The notes: generated from the sequence alone by a model not told the origin. DNA of 64,000 nucleotides from Bryobacterales bacterium (GCA_965116065.1 OZ220485.1:3312347-3376346), one strand, 5' to 3'; shown: positions 38,948-48,382, counted from the stretch's first letter. Numbers and translations: made by a program.

Positions 38948-40395
38948 ACCGCCTCTACTACGGCGACTGCCTCACCGTTATGCAGGGTATGGCGGCCGGC
39001 AGCGTCGATCTGATCTACCTGGATCCGCCTTTTAATTCGAATCGCAACTACCACAACATCTACAAGGATGAAACGGGTCGGCCACTTCCTGATCAGGTAG
39101 AGGCGTTCTGCGACATGTGGACACTCACGGCGGAACGGGAACGGGAGATCCGGCATATGCCGATTCTCGTACGGGAAACCGGGATCGATGACGAAACGGC
39201 CGAGTTCTGGAAGACATGGATGAACGCGTTGCGGAAGACCAACCCGACGCTATTGGCGTACCTGTCGTACATGGTGATCCGGCTGGCGCACATGCGGGTA
39301 CTCTTGAAGCCGACCGGGACGCTATACCTGCACTGCGACCCGACCGCGAGCCATTACATCAAGGTCATGCTCGACGGTGTGTTCGGCCATTCCGGCTTCC
39401 GGAACGAGATCATATGGTCGTATCGCCGGTGGCCTGCGAAGCAAGCCAACTTCCAGCGCATGCATGACGTGATCCTGCGCTATTCCCGTAGCGAAAACGT
39501 GACATGGAACCAGATGTACGAGCCATTGTCTCGAGAGACACTCAAGCGGTTCGGGACGAAACGGCAGGTCGCGGACTTCTCAAGCGGACGGCGACTTCCA
39601 CGGCAGACAGATGAGGAATCACGAACAGCCCCGATGCGTGACGTTTGGGAACTCAGCATTCTTGCGCCTGTGTCGAGAGAGCGAATGGGCTTCGCGACAC
39701 AGAAGCCGCTGAAGCTCTTGGAGCGCATCATCCAGGCCAGTACAAACGAGGGCGACGTTGTGCTTGATCCGTTCTGCGGGTGCGCTACGACACTGGAGGC
39801 GGCGCAGCGGCTCAATCGCAAGTGGATCGGCATTGATATTGCCATTCACGCTGTGAAGCGAGTGGCACGTATCAGGCTCACCGACCGGTGCGGACTGGTG
39901 GAGGGGCAAGACTTCGAGGTGCGGGGCGTTCCCAGAGACTTGGAAGGCGCACAGGACCTGTGGAAGCGAAGCCCGTACCAGTTCCAGAAGTGGGCCGTTG
40001 AGCAGGTCGACGGATTCGTGACGACGAAACAGACTGCGGACGGTGGTATCGACGGACGACTCTACTTCGCGCACCCCGAGCACAAGGACCTTCAGAGCAT
40101 GGTGATCGAAGTGAAGGGCGGGACGAACGTCAACATCGCCGATGTGCGCGCCTTGGGCGATGTGCTACGGCGCGACACGGCGCTGCTGGCGGGCCTGATT
40201 GTCATGGACTTGTCGCCCGGCAAGGCGAAGAACTTCGCACGCCTGATGGCTGAGGCGGGAGATCTGGATGTGCTCGGTGTGAAGTACCCGCGGATGCAGA
40301 TGATCACCGTGGCGCAGATCGTGGCCGGTGAGCGGTTCAAGACACCGAGTGTCGCGGCGCGGAGCGTCGCGGCCCCGCGCTTGCCGGGGACATGA
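38944..40395 (+). CDS. Beta-class DNA methyltransferase fused to a C-terminal Mrr-like PD-(D/E)xK endonuclease-fold domain
   Basis: GTG start overlaps the upstream stop (GTGA 38944-38947). Motif IV 'LIYLDPPFNSNRNY' and motif I 'DPFCGCATTLEAAQRLNRKWIGIDI'. The C-terminus FQKWAVEQV...ADGGIDGRLYF...MVIEVKGG is an Mrr_cat-like D...ExK pattern. Confidence 0.85.
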   Translation: MNRLYYGDCLTVMQGMAAGSVDLIYLDPPFNSNRNYHNIYKDETGRPLPDQVEAFCDMWTLTAEREREIRHMPILVRETGIDDETAEFWKTWMNALRKTNPTLLAYLSYMVIRLAHMRVLLKPTGTLYLHCDPTASHYIKVMLDGVFGHSGFRNEIIWSYRRWPAKQANFQRMHDVILRYSRSENVTWNQMYEPLSRETLKRFGTKRQVADFSSGRRLPRQTDEESRTAPMRDVWELSILAPVSRERMGFATQKPLKLLERIIQASTNEGDVVLDPFCGCATTLEAAQRLNRKWIGIDIAIHAVKRVARIRLTDRCGLVEGQDFEVRGVPRDLEGAQDLWKRSPYQFQKWAVEQVDGFVTTKQTADGGIDGRLYFAHPEHKDLQSMVIEVKGGTNVNIADVRALGDVLRRDTALLAGLIVMDLSPGKAKNFARLMAEAGDLDVLGVKYPRMQMITVAQIVAGERFKTPSVAARSVAAPRLPGT

Positions 40396-40734
40396 TGGGC
40401 TGCCGGAGGGCGGAAAGCCCGTATCTGCTGATTCTGGCGTTTCTCCCATGCGAATGGCCAACCTCGTCCCCTGGCCCCATTTCTTACATCGCACTTGCTG
40501 GCGCAAACGGAATCTTGTAATCGCCGACCTCGTGTGGATCAGACCCGGAATCTGCGGACGGCCGCGAAGTGCGAACGGCCAGACTGGGTTTCTCTGGCAA
40601 GCGCCGCTCGTCGTCGCACGTTCGGGTAAGATGCTATCGCAAGCGGTACATGGTCGACAGCTTGCGACCACGGACGCCATGGCCATGCCGTATTCGGCAC
40701 ATCGGGTCCAGCCATCGCGGACCGATTGGATCGC

Positions 40735-42258
40735 ATGGAGATGACACCCCGGATTCTGGCCGGCGCGGCCATGCTGATCACGCTAACGGACTGCTCGACT
40801 CCGGAGTCGGTCCCAGACTCAGGCTTCGGGGTCAGGCCCAACATCCTCGTGATCGTCTCCGAGGACAACGGTCCGGAAATCGGAGCATACGGCACCCCTC
40901 ATGTATCTACGCCACACCTGGACGCGCTGGCAGCTGGCGGCGTGCGCTTTCAGAATGCCTATGTGCCACAAGCCGGGTGCAGCCAGTCGCGGGCGGCCTT
41001 GCTGACAGGGCTCTACCCCCACCAGAACGGTCAGATCGGACTGGCTACGTGGAAGTTCGGCCTGTACGACAGCGAGACGCCCAACATCGTGCGCAGCTTG
41101 CAGCAAGTCGGCTACCGCACCGGCATTATTGGCAAGCTGCACGTCAATCCGGCGGACGCGTTCCCGTTCGACTTCGCCGCGATTTCCTCGTCCAACTTTC
41201 GACGGGAGGGCATGGCACGCTACGCTACCTTCGCGGCCGAATTCATGGGATCGGCGGAGCAGCCATTCTTCCTGTCGGTGAACTACCCCGACGCCCACCG
41301 GCCGTTCCTGCCCCAGGTGGACGGCATCCCGGAGCAGCCGCTCCAGGGAGCGGATGTCGAGCCGCTGCCATACATGGGGATTGACTCCGAGGTGTTGCGG
41401 AACGACACGGCAAACTACTACAACTCGATCAGCAGGCTGGACCGCTTGGTGGGAGATCTGCTGCAGGCTCTCGCGGACTCGGGCAAGGCCGAGGAAACGC
41501 TTGTGATCTATCTCGGTGATCACGGCGCGGATCTGCTGCGTGGCAAGCGAACATCCTACGAAGGCGGAGTGCGGATTCCGCTGATCATTCGTTGGCCGGG
41601 CCTGCAGCGGGCAGATCAGGTACGGGAGGAACTGGTCTCGACACTGGACCTGATGCCAACGTTCCTGGAGGCGGCCGACGCGAAAGAGGTCCCCGGCCTC
41701 GCAGGCCGCTCATTGAGTCTGCTGGTCGCTGGCCAGAGTCCGTCCTGGCGGGAGTATCTCTTCACGGAATACCACCTGCACTCGAACCACAATTACTATC
41801 CGCAGCGCACGGTCCGCGACCGGCGGTACAAGCTGATCCGCAACCTGATGCCGAACACGGTGAATCCGGGACACGCTTTCACCATCGAAAGATTCGTGGG
41901 CAAGTCTGAGCTGCTGCAAGCGGTGAACAGAGCTCCCGAGCGAGTCCGCATGGCGTACCAGACCATGGCCAAACCCCCGGAGTACGAACTGTACGATCTT
42001 TCCGCCGACCCCCATGAATTCGACAACCTTGCGTCCGACCCGGCCCACGAGGATGCCTTCGAGCGGCTGAAGGCTAGACTGCAGCAGTGGCGTGAGCAGA
42101 CCGAGGATCCTTTCCTCGATCCCGCCAACACGACCCGCCTGCAGGCCGAGATTGCATCCACGCTCAAGAACGGCAAGTACGAGCGCCCCGAGAGCTGGAA
42201 CTATCCCGCCTACCTTGCGCCGGACAAGCCAGCCTCGGCCGCGAGCATCGAACGGTGA
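40735..42258 (+). CDS. Sulfatase (active-site motif variant CSQSR)
   Basis: ORF 40726..42258 (TTG); first ATG at 40735. PNILVIVSEDNGPEIGAYG, GCSQSRAALLTGLYPHQNG and GDHGADLLRGKRTSYEGG are sulfatase blocks. Confidence 0.9.
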   Translation: MEMTPRILAGAAMLITLTDCSTPESVPDSGFGVRPNILVIVSEDNGPEIGAYGTPHVSTPHLDALAAGGVRFQNAYVPQAGCSQSRAALLTGLYPHQNGQIGLATWKFGLYDSETPNIVRSLQQVGYRTGIIGKLHVNPADAFPFDFAAISSSNFRREGMARYATFAAEFMGSAEQPFFLSVNYPDAHRPFLPQVDGIPEQPLQGADVEPLPYMGIDSEVLRNDTANYYNSISRLDRLVGDLLQALADSGKAEETLVIYLGDHGADLLRGKRTSYEGGVRIPLIIRWPGLQRADQVREELVSTLDLMPTFLEAADAKEVPGLAGRSLSLLVAGQSPSWREYLFTEYHLHSNHNYYPQRTVRDRRYKLIRNLMPNTVNPGHAFTIERFVGKSELLQAVNRAPERVRMAYQTMAKPPEYELYDLSADPHEFDNLASDPAHEDAFERLKARLQQWREQTEDPFLDPANTTRLQAEIASTLKNGKYERPESWNYPAYLAPDKPASAASIER

Positions 42259-43754
42259 GGACAACGTTGAGTACACTCACGATGCGGCCGTGGCGTCCAC
42301 GGCATGAATTGCGGACACCAGCGGGCCCGGTCGTCCTTGTCGCGCTTGCGCTGGTCTTGTCGGCCTGCTCCGGCACGCACCCATCACCGTTCAACGTGCT
42401 CTTTCTGAGCGTTGACGACATGAACGATTGGGTTGGCGCCCTCGGCTACCAACCCGCCCAGACCCCGCACATCGACCGCCTCAGCGCGCGGGGTACCCTC
42501 TTTACCAACGCGCACGCTCCCTCTCCGAAGTGCAACCCCTCCCGCACGGCAGTACTCTCGGGGCTTCGACCATCAACGACGGGCATCTATGCCAACGGCG
42601 AATGGTGGAAGCCGAACCTGCCGGATGTCGTGATGCTGCCGCGCCACTTCAAGGACAACGGCTACTACGTGGCTGGAGGCGGGAAGGTCTTTCATCACAC
42701 GCCGGGCTTCAACCCTCCGGATTCGTGGGACGAGTACTTCGAACTCGTCACCGACCTGAGGACCGCCGGCTTCCTGGTGCCCTACCGGCGACCGGACCAC
42801 CTCACCAGCTTCGACTGGGGACCGCTGGACAAGACCGATATGGAGATGGGCGATGGCGCGACAGTGCGCTGGGCCGAGGAATTTCTCGCTCGAGACCACG
42901 ACCGTCCGTTCTTCCTGGCCGTCGGCCTGTTCCAGCCGCACCTGCCGTTCTACGCTCCACGGGCAAGGTACGAATCGGTAGGCGCGGACGGTGCTCCCGT
43001 CCCGCTCGACAAACCCGGTGATCTCGACGACGTACCGGCCGCCGGCCGCAAGCTGGCCGACTATCGGGTAGCGGATCTGGAACTGATCCTGGAGCACGGC
43101 GACCTGGGCGATGTCGTCCGCAGCTACACGGCCGGCATCCGGCACGCCGACGCCCTGATCGGACGCGTGATCGACGCATTGGATGCCAGTGCCTACCGGA
43201 GCAACACCATCGTCGTGCTCTGGTCCGACCACGGCTACCACTTCGGCGAGAAGCACCACTTGACCAAGGACACGCTCTGGGAGCGGTCCTCACACGTGCC
43301 GCTGGCGATCATCGCGCCTGGCGTCAGCACGCCGGGCGGGCGCTGTGACCGACCGGTGAGTCTGCTCAATCTGTATCCGACTTTGGTGGATCTGTGCGAC
43401 TTGCCGCCCCGGGCAGAGCTGGAAGGAGTCAGCCTGCGACCGCTGATCAAGGATCCCGCATTGCCTTGGGAGCGCCCCGCGGTCATGACCTTTGGCCGCA
43501 ACAACCATGCGGTCCGCTCGGAGCGCTACCGCTATATTCGCTACGCCTCCGGCGAAGAGGAACTCTACGACCACAGCGTGGATCCCGAGGAGTGGACGAA
43601 TCTGGCGCGTGACGCCGCCAGCGCAGCGGTCATCGCGCGCCACGAACAGTGGCTGCCCAAGGTGAATGCGCCCCAGGCGAAACGCAAGACGGCGTTCATC
43701 TTTGATCCGGACACCTACACGTGGCGGCGCCGACCCGAAGAGCCGAATCGATGA
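42255..43754 (+). CDS. Sulfatase, probable lipoprotein
   Basis: GTG 42255 overlaps the upstream stop (GTGA); ATG 42282 is an alternative. Lipobox-like LVLSAC, then FNVLFLSVDDMNDW and KCNPSRTAVLSGLRP. Confidence 0.9.
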   Translation: MRTTLSTLTMRPWRPRHELRTPAGPVVLVALALVLSACSGTHPSPFNVLFLSVDDMNDWVGALGYQPAQTPHIDRLSARGTLFTNAHAPSPKCNPSRTAVLSGLRPSTTGIYANGEWWKPNLPDVVMLPRHFKDNGYYVAGGGKVFHHTPGFNPPDSWDEYFELVTDLRTAGFLVPYRRPDHLTSFDWGPLDKTDMEMGDGATVRWAEEFLARDHDRPFFLAVGLFQPHLPFYAPRARYESVGADGAPVPLDKPGDLDDVPAAGRKLADYRVADLELILEHGDLGDVVRSYTAGIRHADALIGRVIDALDASAYRSNTIVVLWSDHGYHFGEKHHLTKDTLWERSSHVPLAIIAPGVSTPGGRCDRPVSLLNLYPTLVDLCDLPPRAELEGVSLRPLIKDPALPWERPAVMTFGRNNHAVRSERYRYIRYASGEEELYDHSVDPEEWTNLARDAASAAVIARHEQWLPKVNAPQAKRKTAFIFDPDTYTWRRRPEEPNR

Positions 43755-45238
43755 TCGATCGCCGCGAATTCCTGGCAGGTGCCATCGCTTCCAAAGGCCT
43801 GGCCGCACGGCCCGCCAGGGCAGGCGGCAGGGGCCTCAACGTACTGTTCCTGGTCGTGGACGACCTGCGGCCCGAACTGGGCTGCTATGGCAACGAAGTT
43901 GTCCATTCGCCGAATCTGGACAGACTGGCGTCCAGCAGCCTGGTGTTTCAACGCGCTTATTGCCAGTCCGCAGTCTGCGGGCCGTCCAGAGCGTCGTTAC
44001 TTACGGGTCTGCGCCCGGACACCACCAGAGTGTGGGGCAACCGCACACACTTCCGCGCAACGATACCGGACGTGGTCACGCTGCCCCAGCGCTTCAAGCA
44101 GGAGGGCTACTACACGCAGTCGATCGGAAAAGTGCTGCACGGCAACAAGGCCGACCGACCGTCATGGAGCGAGCCGGCCTGGCCGGAAGGCGGTCGACAG
44201 GCCGGCATGCAGTACATCGACCAGGAACGCTTCGCCGCGATGCGCGCGAAGATCCCCGACCGACAGTGGTCAGGTGCCGAGATCCCGACGTTGGAGTGGA
44301 CGAAGTTGTCGTCTTGGCAGGCACCGGACGTACCGGACAACGCATTGCAGGACGGCCAGGTGGCGGATCGGGCGGTGGCAGCCCTGCATCGCATGAGAGG
44401 CGAACGGTTCTTTCTCGCGGTTGGTTTCCAGAAGCCTCATCTGCCGTTCACGGCACCGCAGAAGTACTTTGGACTGTATGACCCAGCCACGCTGCCGATG
44501 CCCACCGACGCCCAGCGCCCGCTGGATACCCCCGATCTGGCATTCACCCGATCCAACGAGTTGCGCGGCTACAAGGATATCCCTGATGGAGGGCCGGTAC
44601 CGACCGAGAAGGTCCGCGAACTCATCCACGGATATTACGCCGCGACCAGCTACATGGACGCACAGGTCGGTCGGGTATTGCGGAAACTGGAGAGGCTCGA
44701 CCTGGCCGACAGCACGGTGGTGCTCCTGTTCGGCGACCACGGCTGGCACCTGGGCGAACAGACGCTGTGGGCCAAGACCACGAACTTCGAACTCGCCGCC
44801 CGCGCCCCGATGATGCTGAGAGTGCCGGGGATGCGTTCGGGAGGGCGGAACTGTGCTGGGCTGGTGGAATTGGTCGACATCTACCCGACATTGTGCAAAG
44901 CGTGCGATATCGCGGCACCCCCGATCCTGGAAGGGATTTCGATGATCCCGCTGCTGGAGGATCCGGATCGACCATGGAAAAAGGCGGCATTCAGCCAGAT
45001 CCCGCGGCCGTATCTGTCGGATCAGGACTGGGTTCACATGGGCTACAGCATGCGTACGCGTCAGTTTCGATTCACCGAGTGGATGGACCGCGACAGAACC
45101 GTCGTGGCTCGCGAACTCCATGACCTGCAGTCGGCTCGGTTCGGAACGGTGAACATCGCCGGTCGTCCCGAGAACTCGGCGCTCGTGGACTCGCTGTCAG
45201 ATCAACTTCGCGACGGATGGAGAGCGGCCCGTCCGTAG
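43751..45238 (+). CDS. Sulfatase (iduronate-2-sulfatase-like), Tat signal
   Basis: ATG 43751 overlaps the upstream stop (ATGA). MIDRREFLAGAIAS, LNVLFLVVDDLRPELGCYG, VCGPSRASLLTGLRP and FGDHGWHLGE. Confidence 0.9.
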   Translation: MIDRREFLAGAIASKGLAARPARAGGRGLNVLFLVVDDLRPELGCYGNEVVHSPNLDRLASSSLVFQRAYCQSAVCGPSRASLLTGLRPDTTRVWGNRTHFRATIPDVVTLPQRFKQEGYYTQSIGKVLHGNKADRPSWSEPAWPEGGRQAGMQYIDQERFAAMRAKIPDRQWSGAEIPTLEWTKLSSWQAPDVPDNALQDGQVADRAVAALHRMRGERFFLAVGFQKPHLPFTAPQKYFGLYDPATLPMPTDAQRPLDTPDLAFTRSNELRGYKDIPDGGPVPTEKVRELIHGYYAATSYMDAQVGRVLRKLERLDLADSTVVLLFGDHGWHLGEQTLWAKTTNFELAARAPMMLRVPGMRSGGRNCAGLVELVDIYPTLCKACDIAAPPILEGISMIPLLEDPDRPWKKAAFSQIPRPYLSDQDWVHMGYSMRTRQFRFTEWMDRDRTVVARELHDLQSARFGTVNIAGRPENSALVDSLSDQLRDGWRAARP

Positions 45239-45692
45239 GGTGCGCACCCGGACCAGTCCGGCAGGACAGAACGCCAGATCGCGGCAGTACGGAAGGTGGC
45301 GAACAGGAGGACAGGGGGCCCCAACCCCTCTCTGCGGGGGCTCGCCAGACGGAGAGCGGGACATCAAGGGTCCCCGGGCGGCGCGGGGACGGGACCGAAC
45401 TCTCGCACCCGCGTCGAGCATGTCGTTCGGCGCTACCGAGGCAGGTCTGGTGGGTGATGCGACGCTGGCGATCGACGCAACCGGAAACGCCGACATAGTG
45501 TGGGGCTGGCTGTGTTCGCTCCTGTCGATGCTGGAGGCTCCTCAGGGCAACACCCATCCCGACCAGGGACAGACGCGTGACCGATGTGACTGCAGTGGTT
45601 CCGTCCATTGCATGCGCGCCCGAAAGGGTCCCGTAGGGAAACTTCCGCCAGCAGTCTGCAGCGGGAGTCGGGCCGCCATCGGGGTCGAGGTT

Positions 45693-45799
45693 CGTCGCGG
45701 AAACCCGCCGATTTCCCGATTGCTGCAACTTGCGTGCCGGCGGGTCCGGATCTTCCGTGCGCCGTCGCGGAAACCCGCCGATTTCCCGATTGCTGCAAC
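45693..45799. repeat. Two perfect 37-bp direct repeats separated by a 33-bp unique spacer (CRISPR-like minimal array?)
   Basis: cgtcgcggaaacccgccgatttcccgattgctgcaac occurs at 45693-45729 and again at 45763-45799, counted directly. The reverse complement is GTTGCAGCAATCGGGAAATCGGCGGGTTTCCGCGACG. No cas gene is in the window. Confidence 0.35.
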
Positions 45800-45830
45800 G
45801 GCGTGCGAAGATGGACCGTAGTAGGAAGAC

Positions 45831-47015
45831 ATGAGACTCTACCGCCCCGTGCTCACTCTGCTACTTTTCGCGGTCGCTCCTCTCGCAGGCGACGTGTCAA
45901 TCATTGAGGAGATCATCGTCAAGGTCAACGGCGATATCATTCTGCGCTCCGAGTACGAACGGACCTTGCAGCAGAGTTCTCGCGAAATCCTCGCCGATGC
46001 GAGCCTGTCCGATGCCGAGCGACAGGAACTGCTCGACGAACGGGAGAGAGTTGTCCTGCGAGACATGATCGACCAACGTCTATTGGTCCAGAAAGGCCAG
46101 GAACTGGGCATCAACGTGGACGCGCAGGTTCTTCGGCAGCGCGACGAGATCATGCGGCGCAACGACATCGAGACGACCGAGGACTTCGAAGCCTGGGTCC
46201 TGGAGCGCACGGGAGAACCAGCCGAGGATCTGATGGACCGGATGCGCGAGAACTTCCTTTCACAGTCCGTTCTGGGCCAGGAGGTGTCCCGGCGGGTGGT
46301 CGTGACACGCGACGAGATCGAGCAGTACTACGAGGAGCACAAGAACGAGTACGTTCGCTCGGAAGGCGTACGGCTGAGTCAGATCCTCTTCACGGCGGAC
46401 GATGACGACGATGCCCATCGCACGGAAGCGGAAGATGTTCTCGACCGCGTCCAGCGAGGAGAGCCGTTCCCGGAGATGGCAAGGCGGTTCTCTGACGACG
46501 AGGCCACGAAGGAACTCGGCGGGGATATCGGCATCTATCGACGGGGCATGTTGCGCGCGGAAATCGAGGACGCCGTATTCGGGCAGCGGCAGGGTCACAT
46601 CACCGATCTGATCGAAGTTCCGAACGGCTTGCTGATCCTGCGCGTCGACCAGAACTTCCGTGAGGGCCTGGCGGAACTGGAAGAGGTGCAGGAAGAGATC
46701 CGGGCAACGATCAGCGGCCCGCTGTTCGAACCCGAAATCCGCAAGTACCTGGGCGAACTGCGGGGGCAGTCCTATATCGAGATCCGACCGGGTTATGCCG
46801 ACGCTGGAGCGGTCGAGGGCATCAACACCGCCTGGAGCGATCCGTCGCGGCTGGCACCACTGACCACGACCCGTGAGGAGGTCATCAAGGAGCGGCCTCG
46901 CAAGCGGGTGCTCTGGATGATTCCCCTCCCGCGCAAGAAGGTGGACGAGGACGACCAGGACGGCGAACCGACACCCGCCACACAGGAGGCATCCGCGGGG
47001 GCCGCGTCGTCATGA
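45831..47015 (+). CDS. SurA-like periplasmic chaperone / parvulin-type peptidyl-prolyl isomerase
   Basis: Signal peptide MRLYRPVLTLLLFAVAPLAG, SurA_N-like IIVKVNGDIILRSEYE, and a PPIC rotamase block FSDDEATKELGGDIGIYRRGMLRAEIEDAVFG...GLLILRV. Confidence 0.85.
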   Translation: MRLYRPVLTLLLFAVAPLAGDVSIIEEIIVKVNGDIILRSEYERTLQQSSREILADASLSDAERQELLDERERVVLRDMIDQRLLVQKGQELGINVDAQVLRQRDEIMRRNDIETTEDFEAWVLERTGEPAEDLMDRMRENFLSQSVLGQEVSRRVVVTRDEIEQYYEEHKNEYVRSEGVRLSQILFTADDDDDAHRTEAEDVLDRVQRGEPFPEMARRFSDDEATKELGGDIGIYRRGMLRAEIEDAVFGQRQGHITDLIEVPNGLLILRVDQNFREGLAELEEVQEEIRATISGPLFEPEIRKYLGELRGQSYIEIRPGYADAGAVEGINTAWSDPSRLAPLTTTREEVIKERPRKRVLWMIPLPRKKVDEDDQDGEPTPATQEASAGAASS

Positions 47016-48382
47016 CCAAGGCGAGGTCCATCAGCGATCTCAAACATCTCGAACCGAACACCCGCTTCGAAGGCACGTTCCTTGTGCAGTCGAAGGAGGT
47101 TCGCAGCAAGCGGAACGGCGTGCGGTTCCTTTCGTTGACATTGAGCGACCGAACCGGCTCGATGGACGCCAAGGTCTGGGACAACGTCGAGGAACTCGTA
47201 CGGACATTTCATGCGAACGATTTCGTTCGCGCGCAGGGCCGCGTGCACGTGTTCCACAACCGCCATCAGGCGATCGTGACGCGGTTGCGCACACTGCCCA
47301 GGGAACAGGTCGATCTGCGGAACCTCATCCCCCACACCGACCACGACATCGACGAAATGTACGGGAAGCTGCTGGCAACGGTCGACGGACTGTCGAACCC
47401 CGACCTGAAGCGGCTCATGACCTCGATCTTCGGCGACCCCGAGTTCGCCGACCGATACAAGCGAGCGCCGGCCGCGAAGACCAATCATCATGCCAGGATC
47501 GGTGGACTCCTCGAACATTCCATGAGCATGCTGCGGGCGGCCCGACTGCTGGCGACACACTACACCGACCTGGACAGCGAGCTGCTGGCATGCGGAGTGT
47601 TGCTGCATGACTGCGGCAAGGTCTTCGAGTTGAATGCCGAACAGGGATTCGAGTACACGGACAGTGGCAGGCTGCTTGGTCATGTTTCCATGGCAAGCAC
47701 GTGGGTGGAGAGAAAATGCGACGAGATCGGCAACTTCCCGCCTCGTCTCAAGACCGTCCTGCTACACCTCGTCTTGAGTCACCACGGACATGTCGCATTC
47801 GGTTCGCCACGAGTACCGCTGTTTCGAGAAGCGCTGGTGCTGCACTTGATCGACGAACTCGATTCGAAGCTCGCGATGATGCGCGAGGCGGAGAAGGACA
47901 TCGTCCCGGGTTCCGTGTGGAGCCCGTTCCACAAGGGCCTGGAACGACCTGTCCTTGACCGGAACATGTACCTACAGGCCGACACGCCTCAGCCCCCCGC
48001 TCTACGGGCTCCGGAAGAACCACGCCCACCCGACCCGGATCCCGCGCCGCGGACCATCTCGGAAGGGCGTTCGGAGCCAGCAGGCCCGGACACTCCGATG
48101 GTGGAGCAGTCGATCCGACCGAAATCGACCTGTACGTCGAAAGACGCACAGCCTGCGAGCGACGGGGCGCAGCCGCACGTACCCAAGGCAAGGCCGGACA
48201 GGGTACATGTCAAGCGGCCAGCAGCCAGTTCCAGCCTTCCGGCGGCGCCCCGGATCAGCCAGGTTGCCCCGGCACCCAGCCCTCCGCTGCCGAACCAGAT
48301 CCAGCCGGAACGCATCGTCGAAGATCCGGCCGAACACGGGACGGCATCCACTGGTGTCAATGCCGACAGCGTCCGGACATAG
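47012..48382 (+). CDS. YhaM-like OB-fold + HD-domain 3'-5' exoribonuclease with Pro-rich C-terminal tail
   Basis: ATGA overlap with the surA-like stop. OB fold FLVQSKEVRSKRNGVRFLSLTLSDRTGSMDAKVWDN, HD domain HHARIGGLLEHS...LLHDCGK...SHHG, and a ~140-aa low-complexity Pro/Ala/Ser tail. Confidence 0.8.
   Translation: MTKARSISDLKHLEPNTRFEGTFLVQSKEVRSKRNGVRFLSLTLSDRTGSMDAKVWDNVEELVRTFHANDFVRAQGRVHVFHNRHQAIVTRLRTLPREQVDLRNLIPHTDHDIDEMYGKLLATVDGLSNPDLKRLMTSIFGDPEFADRYKRAPAAKTNHHARIGGLLEHSMSMLRAARLLATHYTDLDSELLACGVLLHDCGKVFELNAEQGFEYTDSGRLLGHVSMASTWVERKCDEIGNFPPRLKTVLLHLVLSHHGHVAFGSPRVPLFREALVLHLIDELDSKLAMMREAEKDIVPGSVWSPFHKGLERPVLDRNMYLQADTPQPPALRAPEEPRPPDPDPAPRTISEGRSEPAGPDTPMVEQSIRPKSTCTSKDAQPASDGAQPHVPKARPDRVHVKRPAASSSLPAAPRISQVAPAPSPPLPNQIQPERIVEDPAEHGTASTGVNADSVRT

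Noticed and set aside
45631-45663. Possible degenerate third copy of the 37-bp repeat
   Set aside because: The similarity needs several gaps and mismatches and the spacing is 62 rather than 70 bp, so it is not counted as a repeat. It is mentioned only as a weak observation in the CRISPR-like finding.
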